Shown: piece after piece, positions 1-6,875 of the stretch
Position numbering within the stretch: the first letter of the stretch is position 1
Layout of the letters: the number at the start of each line of letters is the position of its first letter
From: Candidatus Methylomirabilia bacterium
Lineage (GTDB): Bacteria; Methylomirabilota; Methylomirabilia; Rokubacteriales; CSP1-6
Direction of reading: 5' to 3'
Length of the DNA stretch: 13,076 bases
Assembly (NCBI GenBank): GCA_046758965.1
Contig: JBHIBG010000075.1
Location: forward strand, 1 to 13,076
Notes under the pieces: generated by a model
Told to the model about the DNA's origin: nothing
The model's database searches: none
Seen by the model: the letters and a program-made list of their open reading frames with translations, nothing else
Translations under genes and position numbers: made by a program

Positions 1-42
1 GAGATCCTCGACTGGTACCGGGAGGTCAAGGGGCGCCAGTAG
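1..42 (+). CDS. 3' end of a gene running in from the left edge (…EILDWYREVKGRQ*), product unknown
   Basis: Frame 1 is open from base 1 to TAG at 40-42, and all codons end in G/C, like the real genes here. Too short to assign a function. Confidence 0.6.
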   Translation, partial: EILDWYREVKGRQ

Positions 43-62
43 CCCGCTCGCAGGAGTGCTAA

Positions 63-155
63 GCGAACTGTCGCCTGCTGACCAAGTGCTCTGACGACGC
101 CGAGGGCGTGGAAGCCTTCTGCGCCAAGCGTTGGCCCCGCTTCGAGAGGCGATAG
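63..155 (+). pseudogene. C-terminal remnant of an enoyl-CoA hydratase/crotonase-family gene
   Basis: 63-155 translates ANCRLLTKCSDDAEGVEAFCAKRWPRFERR*, resembling the crotonase C-terminal signature (S/T)xDxxEGxxAFxEKRxPxFxG(R/K)*. It is bounded upstream by an in-frame TAA (60-62) and has no ATG or RBS at its 5' end. Confidence 0.65.
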
Positions 156-165
156 CCGATCGCAT

Positions 166-192
166 GGCGCGAGCCTCCGCGAGGCTCGCGCC
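166..192. repeat. Perfect 12-bp inverted repeat (GC-rich hairpin)
   Basis: GGCGCGAGCCTC (166-177), loop CGC, GAGGCTCGCGCC (181-192). No U-tract; lies just upstream of the RBS at 197-202. Confidence 0.85.
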
Positions 193-209
193 GACCGAGG
201 AGAGCAGCC

Positions 210-398
210 ATGACGGAGGAGCGCCTCACCGGCAAGCTCGAGGCTCAGGATGGCGCCGCGATGCCCGGGGAGTATCAGGAGCTTCTGGTCAGGGTCCTCA
301 CCATCCAGGCCGACTGCGAGATCGGAGGGCCTCACCTGTACGGGCACTGGGGGCTGAAGCAGCGGACCAACAAGCAGGCGCGGCAGGAGTACATTTAG
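210..398 (+). pseudogene. Internally deleted PaaA/PaaC/BoxB-type (ferritin-like di-iron) aryl-CoA epoxidase subunit
   Basis: RBS GAGGAG at 197-202. KLEAQDGAAMPGEYQELLVRVLTIQADCEIGG resembles the PaaA N-terminus ([29 protein letters not shown]). It is followed directly by WGLKQRTNKQARQEY, which resembles the distal PaaA motif WKIKRFTNDELRQRF. The two ExxH iron-binding motifs that normally lie between them are absent, and the ORF is only 62 aa. Confidence 0.7.
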
Positions 399-419
399 GC
401 CGAGCTGGCCGGGCAGGTC

Positions 420-1982
420 ATGAGCGTGCCCTCACCGACCGTCGAGCTTCCGGAGCGCTTCAACGCCGCGGCGTTCTTCGTAGACCGCCGCCTGGCCGAG
501 GGACACGGCGGTCGAACAGCTTTCCGCTTCCTGGGCCGGTCGATCACCTACGCCGAGCTCGCTGTACGGGTCAACCGCGCCGGCAACATGCTCCGCGCCC
601 TCGACATCGAGATGGAGAACCGGGTTCTTCTGGCGCTGCCGGATTCACCCGAGTTTGCAGAAGTTTTCTGGGGCGCCATCAAGATCGGCGCGGTGGCTAC
701 TCCCGTGAACCCGTGGCTCAAGGGTTCCGACTACGTCTTCCTGCTGGAGGACAGCCGCGCGAAGGTCGCCGTGGTCCACGCGGAGGCTGCCCGCGAGATC
801 GCGACGGTCCGTCAGCGCTGCTCCTTTCTTCGCCACGTCGTCGTAGCGGGCGATTCCGGACGCGGGATGAAGTCCTACGAGCGGCTCCTCGGCCGGGTGT
901 CGCCGATCCTCGAGCCCGCCGAGACCGGCAAGGATGACGCCGCGCTCTGGGGCTATACGTCAGGCTCTACCGGAAGGCCGAAGGCTGCGGTCCATCTCCA
1001 CCACGATCTGGTGTACGCCGCCGATCTGGTCGGCATCCAGATTTTCGGCGTCCGCCCCGACGATCTCATCTTCTCAGCCTCGAAGATGTTCTTCGCCTAC
1101 GGCCTCGGCAACTCGCTGTACTTCCCGGCCCGCGTCGGAGCGACATCGCTCCTCGTGCCGGAGCGAATCGAGCCCGAGAGCGCCCTCGAGGTCATCTCGA
1201 AGGAGCGGCCGACCGTTTTCTTCACGGTTCCTACCCTTTACGCCAGGATGCTCCAGGTCAAAGACGCGGGGCGGTACGACCTCTCCTCGCTCCGCCTCTG
1301 CGTCTCCTCGGGCGAGGCCCTTCCGCCAGCGATCTTCCACGCCTGGAAGAGCCGCTTCGGTCATGAGCTGACCGACGTGGTGGGCTCGACAGAAGCCCTC
1401 CACGACTTCATCGCTAACCGCGTCGGCGAGGTCCGACCGGGAGCCAGCGGCAAGGTGATCCCGGGGTTCGAGGCCAAGCTCGTCGACGACCAGGGCGTGC
1501 CGGTCCCTCCCGGCACGGTCGGCCACCTCCTCGTCAAGGGAGAAACCATGGCCCCGTATTACTGGAACCGACACGAGCAGACGAAGCGGACGATGCTCGG
1601 GGAGTGGCTCAGGACGGGTGACATGTTCTCCCAGGACGCGGAGGGCTACTTCTACTTCTGCGGCCGTGCCGACGACATGCTGAAGGTGGGAGGGATGTGG
1701 GTGGCCCCGAGCGAGGTGGAGGGGTGCCTCATGGAACACCCGGCGGTCCTGGAGGCGGGCATCAGCGGACGCCCGGATGCCGAAGGGCTCCTCAAGCCCC
1801 AGGCCTTTGTCGTCCTGAAGGACGGGGTTGCTCCCTCCCAAGGGCTGGAGGAAGAGCTCCAGCGGCACGTACGCGAGCGGCTGGCCGGCTACAAGGCGCC
1901 ACGCTGGGTGGAGTTCGTATCGGACCTTCCCAAGACCTCCACGGGAAAGATCCAACGGTTTCGCCTGCGCGCGCAAGCCTAG
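420..1982 (+). CDS. Benzoate-CoA ligase family protein (aryl-CoA ligase, ANL adenylation superfamily)
   Basis: N-terminal PERFNAA; P-loop YTSGSTGRPK; KMFFAYGLGNSLYFP; SSGEALP; GSTEALH; RTGD; GRADDMLKVGG; LPKTSTGKIQRF with the catalytic Lys. 520 aa is typical of the family. Confidence 0.93.
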   Translation: MSVPSPTVELPERFNAAAFFVDRRLAEGHGGRTAFRFLGRSITYAELAVRVNRAGNMLRALDIEMENRVLLALPDSPEFAEVFWGAIKIGAVATPVNPWLKGSDYVFLLEDSRAKVAVVHAEAAREIATVRQRCSFLRHVVVAGDSGRGMKSYERLLGRVSPILEPAETGKDDAALWGYTSGSTGRPKAAVHLHHDLVYAADLVGIQIFGVRPDDLIFSASKMFFAYGLGNSLYFPARVGATSLLVPERIEPESALEVISKERPTVFFTVPTLYARMLQVKDAGRYDLSSLRLCVSSGEALPPAIFHAWKSRFGHELTDVVGSTEALHDFIANRVGEVRPGASGKVIPGFEAKLVDDQGVPVPPGTVGHLLVKGETMAPYYWNRHEQTKRTMLGEWLRTGDMFSQDAEGYFYFCGRADDMLKVGGMWVAPSEVEGCLMEHPAVLEAGISGRPDAEGLLKPQAFVVLKDGVAPSQGLEEELQRHVRERLAGYKAPRWVEFVSDLPKTSTGKIQRFRLRAQA

Positions 1983-1996
1983 GCTCGAATCTCGAT

Positions 1997-2015
1997 CGTC
2001 GCTCGCACAGCGACG
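1997..2015 (+). terminator. Possible weak terminator or regulatory hairpin after the ligase
   Basis: CGTCGCT (1997-2003), loop CGCAC, AGCGACG (2009-2015), followed by CTTGTCGTT (poor U-tract). Confidence 0.3.
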
Positions 2016-2022
2016 CTTGTCG

Positions 2023-2051
2023 TTGCGCCTCGCTCCCCGCTCTGCTATCGT
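2023..2051 (+). promoter_or_regulatory. Candidate sigma70 promoter for the tartrate dehydrogenase gene
   Basis: TTGCGC (2023-2028), 17-nt spacer, TATCGT (2046-2051), with an extended -10 TG at 2043-2044. RBS AAGGAGG at 2063-2069. Confidence 0.5.
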
Positions 2052-2076
2052 ACCCGGTGCCGAAGGAGGGAACAGC

Positions 2077-3138
2077 ATGAGGCATCGCATCGCGGTCATC
2101 CCAGGCGACGGGATCGGAAAAGAGGTCGTGCCTGAGGGCATCGCTGTCCTCGAGGCCGCCGGGCGCCGCTTCGGCTTCGACTTCACGTGGACGAGCTTCG
2201 ACTGGAGCTGCGAGCTCTACGCAAAGAGCGGCCGCATGATGCCCGAAGACGGGCTGGACCAGCTCAAGCCCTTCGAGGCCATCTACCTCGGCGCTGTCGG
2301 CTTCCCCGGCGTCCCCGACCATGTCTCGCTGTGGGGCTTGCTCATCCCGATCCGGCGCACCTTCCGCCAGTACGTCAACCTCCGCCCGGTGCGGCTGTTG
2401 AACGGCGTGAAATCCCCGCTCGCCGGACGCACGCCCGAGGAGATCGACCTCGTGATCGTGCGCGAGAACAACGAGGGCGAGTACTCCGAGATCGGTGGCC
2501 GGCTCTATCGTGGCCGCGCAGAGGAGCTCGTGGTGCAGCAGTCGGTGTTTACCCGCCAGGGCTGCGATCGCATCATGCGCTATGCCTTCGAGCTCGCCAT
2601 GACCCGACCGGCTCGCCATGTGACCTCAGCGACCAAATCGAACGGCATCATCCACAGCATGCCGTACTGGGATGAGCGCTTCGCGGCTATGGCCAAGAGC
2701 TATCCGGAGATCAGGACCGACCAGTACCACATCGACATCCTCGCCGCCCATTTCGTACAGCACCCCGACTGGTTCGACGTGGTCGTGGCGAGCAACCTCT
2801 TCGGGGATATCCTCTCCGACCTCGGCCCGGCAATCGCAGGTTCGATCGGGCTGGCACCGGGGGCTAACATCAATCCGGAGAAGGAGTACCCCTCGATGTT
2901 CGAGCCAGTGCACGGCTCGGCCCCGGACATCGCCGGACGCGGCATCGCCAACCCCATCGGACAGATCTGGTCGGGCGCCCTGATGCTCGATCACCTCGGA
3001 CACCCCGAGGCGGCACGGGCGGTCGTTTCCGCGATCGACACCGTGCTGGCGCAGGGCGAACTGCTCACCCGCGACCTCGGCGGCAAGGCCTCGACCGCCG
3101 AGGTGAGCCGAGCGATCGCGGCACTCATCTCGCCATAG
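2077..3138 (+). CDS. ttuC: Tartrate dehydrogenase / D-malate dehydrogenase (decarboxylating), isocitrate/isopropylmalate dehydrogenase family
   Basis: The real start is ATG 2077 after AAGGAGG, not 1828. Motifs IAVIPGDGIGKEV, VPDHVSLWGLLIPIRR, RENNEGEYS, SATKSNGI..SMPYWD, SNLFGDILSDL and FEPVHGSAPDIAG are characteristic of the TtuC/DmlA branch. 353 aa. Confidence 0.9.
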   Translation: MRHRIAVIPGDGIGKEVVPEGIAVLEAAGRRFGFDFTWTSFDWSCELYAKSGRMMPEDGLDQLKPFEAIYLGAVGFPGVPDHVSLWGLLIPIRRTFRQYVNLRPVRLLNGVKSPLAGRTPEEIDLVIVRENNEGEYSEIGGRLYRGRAEELVVQQSVFTRQGCDRIMRYAFELAMTRPARHVTSATKSNGIIHSMPYWDERFAAMAKSYPEIRTDQYHIDILAAHFVQHPDWFDVVVASNLFGDILSDLGPAIAGSIGLAPGANINPEKEYPSMFEPVHGSAPDIAGRGIANPIGQIWSGALMLDHLGHPEAARAVVSAIDTVLAQGELLTRDLGGKASTAEVSRAIAALISP

Positions 3139-3210
3139 CGTCCGCTCATTCGGGCTTCGTGAAGACAGCCTGCCAGGCAGAGGGCCCTCCCGCCCTGGGA
3201 GCATGTTGCC

Positions 3211-4893
3211 GTGGCTGACAAGGCCTCCTCGCTCTTGAAGCAGCTCGACCGCCTGAAGGACGCCTACGGAGGCGCCGCCGGCTCGCGCAAGCTCGATCTC
3301 CTGCTGAAGCTCGAGCATCACCGTCTCAGGCGAGCCAGAGAACTGTTCCGCCTCCACGAGCTCCTCTGCTTCTTGCGCGCCTACCCCGACACCAAAGAAC
3401 TCCTCGCCCGAGTGGAACGAATGCTCGCCCGCTTCGCCGACCGCGACGACCTGCGCCGCCATCGCAAGGCGCTCGCCGACACCGGCATCGCCGGCACCTC
3501 CATTCTGTTTCCCTTCTTCTGGTTCACCGCCCGCTGGCTGGCGCGCCGCTGGCCCGATCGCCTTTCCATCGACTGGGCTAACTTCGAGAAAAAGCGGAGG
3601 CTTGAAGAGATCCTTCACCTGCTCGTGCCCTACTCCGAAACGCCCGCTCTGGACGAGCTGAGCTTCCCACCGCGCGAGTGGATCAATCGCCTCAAGGGAC
3701 CCACCGAGACCGATGCCGCATTCTTGATCCGCCGCTTCGAGACAGTGCGCGCCGATTCCTTCGGGCGCGAGAAACTCTATGAGGACCTCGACATCCCGAT
3801 CCGCCTCGCGCCCGGGCCCAACACGCCCGCCCGCACCCGGACCAAGTACTTGAAAGCTCCCGTCGTCTTCCAGGTCCGGCCGTTGTCGCGCTCCCGCCCT
3901 TCCCTGCGACGCGCGATCAACCGCGCTCCGCCTGCCGTCAGGCCGCTCCCGCCCCGCGAAGCACGGAAACTGATCGACCTCGCCCGGGAAGCGATGGTTA
4001 CCCGCCGGCGCGACCTCGACGTCTTTGAGCACGCGGACAAACACGACGTCCGAATGGTGGATTGTGGCGAGGGTCTCCAATTTGCGTGCATCGGCGCCAT
4101 GCCCGAGCGCCGGCTCATGCTCGAGGCAGTCTACGGTTTCCTCGCTCTCAAGAACGGAGTCCCGATCGGCTACGTGCTCACCGGCGCGCTCTTCCGCTCC
4201 GCGGAAATCGCCTACAATGTCTTCGAATCCTACCGCGGCGCCGAAGCCGCCTTCAGCTACGGTCGCGTCCTGGCCATGGTGCGCCGGCTGTTCGCCTCCG
4301 ACACCTTCACCATCGCCCCGTACCAGCTTGGCTACGACAACCCCGAGGCGCTGCAAACCGGCGCCTGGTGGTTCTACTACAAGCTCGGCTTTCGTCCCCG
4401 GGACCCCCGCGTGCGCCGCGTTCTGCGAGCGGAGCTGGACCGGATCAAGACGAACCCCCGACATCGTTCCAGCATCGCGACCCTCAAAGAGCTCGCGGCC
4501 GAGAGCATCTACCTCTATCTGCGCCGGCCCCGTAAAGACGTCCTGGGCCGCCTTTCCCTGGGGAATGTCGGCCTTCGGGTCACCCGCTACATCGCCGACC
4601 GGTTCGGCGCCGATCGGGAGGCCGCCACCAGGACCTGCTCGCGCGAAGCCGCCCGCCTGCTCGGCCTGCGCTCCCTGCGCGCATTCTCCGCCGGCGAGCG
4701 GCTGGCATGGGAGCGTTGGAGCCCTCTGATCATGACCCTGCCCGGCGTCGAACGTTGGAACCGGGGGGAGAAGCAGGCGCTGGTGCGGGTCGTGCGGGCG
4801 AAAGGAGGACGGAGGGAATCTGACTTCGTCGCGCTCTTCGACCGCCATCGGCGGCTCCGGGATGCCATCGCCAAGCTGGCAGAAGAGGTTTAG
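3211..4893 (+). CDS. Uncharacterised 560-aa Arg-rich protein with a probable GNAT-fold domain in its C-terminal half
   Basis: GTG start with GGGAG at 3197-3201; fills the gap between two + strand genes; protein-like composition. GNAT-like elements: GFLALKNGVPIGY, AYNVFESYRGAEA, DNPEA…AWWFYYKLGF. Confidence 0.8.
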   Translation: MADKASSLLKQLDRLKDAYGGAAGSRKLDLLLKLEHHRLRRARELFRLHELLCFLRAYPDTKELLARVERMLARFADRDDLRRHRKALADTGIAGTSILFPFFWFTARWLARRWPDRLSIDWANFEKKRRLEEILHLLVPYSETPALDELSFPPREWINRLKGPTETDAAFLIRRFETVRADSFGREKLYEDLDIPIRLAPGPNTPARTRTKYLKAPVVFQVRPLSRSRPSLRRAINRAPPAVRPLPPREARKLIDLAREAMVTRRRDLDVFEHADKHDVRMVDCGEGLQFACIGAMPERRLMLEAVYGFLALKNGVPIGYVLTGALFRSAEIAYNVFESYRGAEAAFSYGRVLAMVRRLFASDTFTIAPYQLGYDNPEALQTGAWWFYYKLGFRPRDPRVRRVLRAELDRIKTNPRHRSSIATLKELAAESIYLYLRRPRKDVLGRLSLGNVGLRVTRYIADRFGADREAATRTCSREAARLLGLRSLRAFSAGERLAWERWSPLIMTLPGVERWNRGEKQALVRVVRAKGGRRESDFVALFDRHRRLRDAIAKLAEEV

Positions 4894-5009
4894 GGCGTGA
4901 CGCTGGTCAGGATGGACAACACGAGGCGCAAGAAGTAAGCTGACGTGGCGCGATGACCACTCGCCTTGACGCGGAGTTCTCCTCCAGCCGACGGCCGGAA
5001 GAGGCCCGA

Positions 5010-5603
5010 ATGAGCGGCGCGGGCTTGCTGTTTCGGTCCGTTGTGGCGCTGGCGGTGCTCGGCGGGCTCCTGATCGGATGCTCGCGCCAGCCGGCCTTCC
5101 GGGGTATGCCCCTGGACCCGCCGCGTGAGCTCCTCGACTTCACGCTCCGGGACCAGTTCGGCCAACCCGTGCGTCTGGCGGATCTCAGAGACCGGGTCAG
5201 GGTGCTGACGTTCTTATACACCTCCTGCCCGGACGTCTGCCCGCTCGTTGCGGGAAAGCTCCGCCGCGCCTACGAGCTGCTCGAAGATCCGTCAGAGGTG
5301 GCGTTTCTCGCCGTCACCGTCGACCCCGAGCGAGACACTGAGGCACGGGTCTATGAGTACTCCGAGCAGTACGGCATGCTCGATCGCTGGCAGTTCCTGA
5401 TCGGAACCCATGAGAGCCTCCAGCCTCTCTGGGACTACTACTGGGTCGGCCAGGTGAGCAAAGAGGCGACTGGCTCTTACACTGTCCGGCACACCACTCC
5501 CATCCACCTCATCGACCGACGGGGAAGGATCCGCGTGGTCTACGGCAACACATTTCGCGCGGCCGAGCTCGCCCAAGACATCGAGCTGCTTCTGGAGCAA
5601 TGA
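5010..5603 (+). CDS. SCO1/SenC family copper chaperone / thiol-disulfide lipoprotein
   Basis: Likely start ATG 5010 (GGAAGAGG upstream); signal peptide ending in lipobox-like LLIG-C; FTLRDQFG; FLYTSCPDVCP (CxxxC); VTVDPERDT; conserved His in YTVRHT; LIDRRGRIR. Confidence 0.92.
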   Translation: MSGAGLLFRSVVALAVLGGLLIGCSRQPAFRGMPLDPPRELLDFTLRDQFGQPVRLADLRDRVRVLTFLYTSCPDVCPLVAGKLRRAYELLEDPSEVAFLAVTVDPERDTEARVYEYSEQYGMLDRWQFLIGTHESLQPLWDYYWVGQVSKEATGSYTVRHTTPIHLIDRRGRIRVVYGNTFRAAELAQDIELLLEQ

Positions 5604-6841
5604 GCCCCTCGGGGATGCCGCGCGGAAGGCCCGGGCCAGCGCCGGGCGATCAGTCCCCCTACGCCTGGGTCATCCTGGTGGCAGCCATGGCGATGGTCGC
5701 CATTGGCATCGGCTCGCTCTTCTCTCTGGGCGTGTTCCTGCAGCCGATCGGGCATGCAACGGGGTGGAGCCGCTCAAGCATCTCGGCGATCGCTCTGTTC
5801 AACTGGATCGTGATGGGGGCTGGCTCCCTGCTCTGGGGCTTTCTCTCCGATCGCTTCAGCCCCCGCCTGGTGGCGCTGGCGGGCGGAATCCTGGTCGGCC
5901 TCGGGCTGGTCTTGACCAGCCAGACCGGAGCCCTCTGGCAGTTTGCCGGAGGCTTCGGCCTGCTCGTCGCTCTCGGTGTGAGCGCCCTGGTGGTGCCGAT
6001 GGTTTCCACCGTGACCAGGTGGTTCACCGCTCTTCGAGCCCTGGCCGTCGGCCTTGTCTGGTCCGGAAGTGGCTTAGGCGTGCTCGTGATCTCTCCCTTG
6101 ACGCAGTGGCTCATCTCGGCGTTTGGCTGGCGAAACGCCATGCTCATGCTCGGTGTACTGGCCTGGGTCACGATCATCCCGGCCGCGCTGCTCATCAGGG
6201 ATCGGCCCGAGGGTGGCGTTCCCGATGCTCCGGGGGGAGCTGGCGCGCCTGAGGCTGCTGTCAGCACGGCTGGGGCGTTGCGCTCACCCGTGCTCTGGAC
6301 CATCGCCTTCACACACTTCGCCTGCTGCGCGGCGCACTCGGGGCCGATCTTTCACATGGTCGCCTGCGCCACAGGGCGCGGGCTTGCGCCCATGACCGCC
6401 GCGAGCGTGTTCGGAGTCTCAGGACTCTCCTCAATCGCGGGACGCATCGGCCTCGGCCTGCTCGCCGACAGGCTCGGGATCAAGTGGGTCCTCGTCACCG
6501 GGCTTTTCGCCCAAGCTCTGATGATCCTCTCCTACGTGCAGGCCGATGATGTCTGGACCTTCTATGCCCTGGCGGCGCCCTTCGGCGTGACTTACGGGGG
6601 CGTCATGCCACTCTACGCGGTGCTCACGCGCGAGTACTTCGGCGAAAAAGTGATGGGGACGGCCTACGGCGCGGTGTTCTTCATCGCCTGTGTTGGGATG
6701 GGGATGGGCTCGTTCGCAGGCGGGTGGATCTACGACCAGCTCGGCAGCTATACCTGGCTCTTCCTCACTTCCTCTGTAGTCGGGACAATGGCAGCGCTCC
6801 TGGCAGTTACTCTCCGGCCACCCCGCGCTCGACATCCGTGA
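5600..6841 (+). CDS. Major facilitator superfamily transporter (OFA/monocarboxylate-like)
   Basis: About 12 hydrophobic segments; MFS motif A twice (GFLSDRFSPR, GLLADRLGIK); REYFG…GTAYG; GGWIYDQLGSY. ATGA overlap with the SCO stop codon (5600-5603). Confidence 0.92.
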   Translation: MSPSGMPRGRPGPAPGDQSPYAWVILVAAMAMVAIGIGSLFSLGVFLQPIGHATGWSRSSISAIALFNWIVMGAGSLLWGFLSDRFSPRLVALAGGILVGLGLVLTSQTGALWQFAGGFGLLVALGVSALVVPMVSTVTRWFTALRALAVGLVWSGSGLGVLVISPLTQWLISAFGWRNAMLMLGVLAWVTIIPAALLIRDRPEGGVPDAPGGAGAPEAAVSTAGALRSPVLWTIAFTHFACCAAHSGPIFHMVACATGRGLAPMTAASVFGVSGLSSIAGRIGLGLLADRLGIKWVLVTGLFAQALMILSYVQADDVWTFYALAAPFGVTYGGVMPLYAVLTREYFGEKVMGTAYGAVFFIACVGMGMGSFAGGWIYDQLGSYTWLFLTSSVVGTMAALLAVTLRPPRARHP

Positions 6842-6875
6842 AGCCCTTCACCCTCGGTCCATCTCCCACGACAGC

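Noticed and set aside
131..937. 268-aa + strand ORF overlapping the epoxidase relic and the ligase
   Set aside because: Arg/Gly/Pro-rich off-frame translation typical of high-GC DNA; overlaps a well-supported gene.
1828..2076. N-terminal extension of the tartrate dehydrogenase ORF (436 aa in the track)
   Set aside because: Overlaps the ligase; family similarity begins at ATG 2077, which has a strong RBS and a candidate promoter.
2626..4848. 740-aa - strand ORF
   Set aside because: Antisense shadow of ttuC and the 560-aa gene; no recognisable motifs, and it would overlap a conserved enzyme by about 500 nt.
4953..5009. Longer SCO start at ATG 4953 and a TTGACG -35 at 4966-4971
   Set aside because: ATG 5010 has an RBS and gives a normal-length lipoprotein signal; no -10 lies at proper spacing from the TTGACG.
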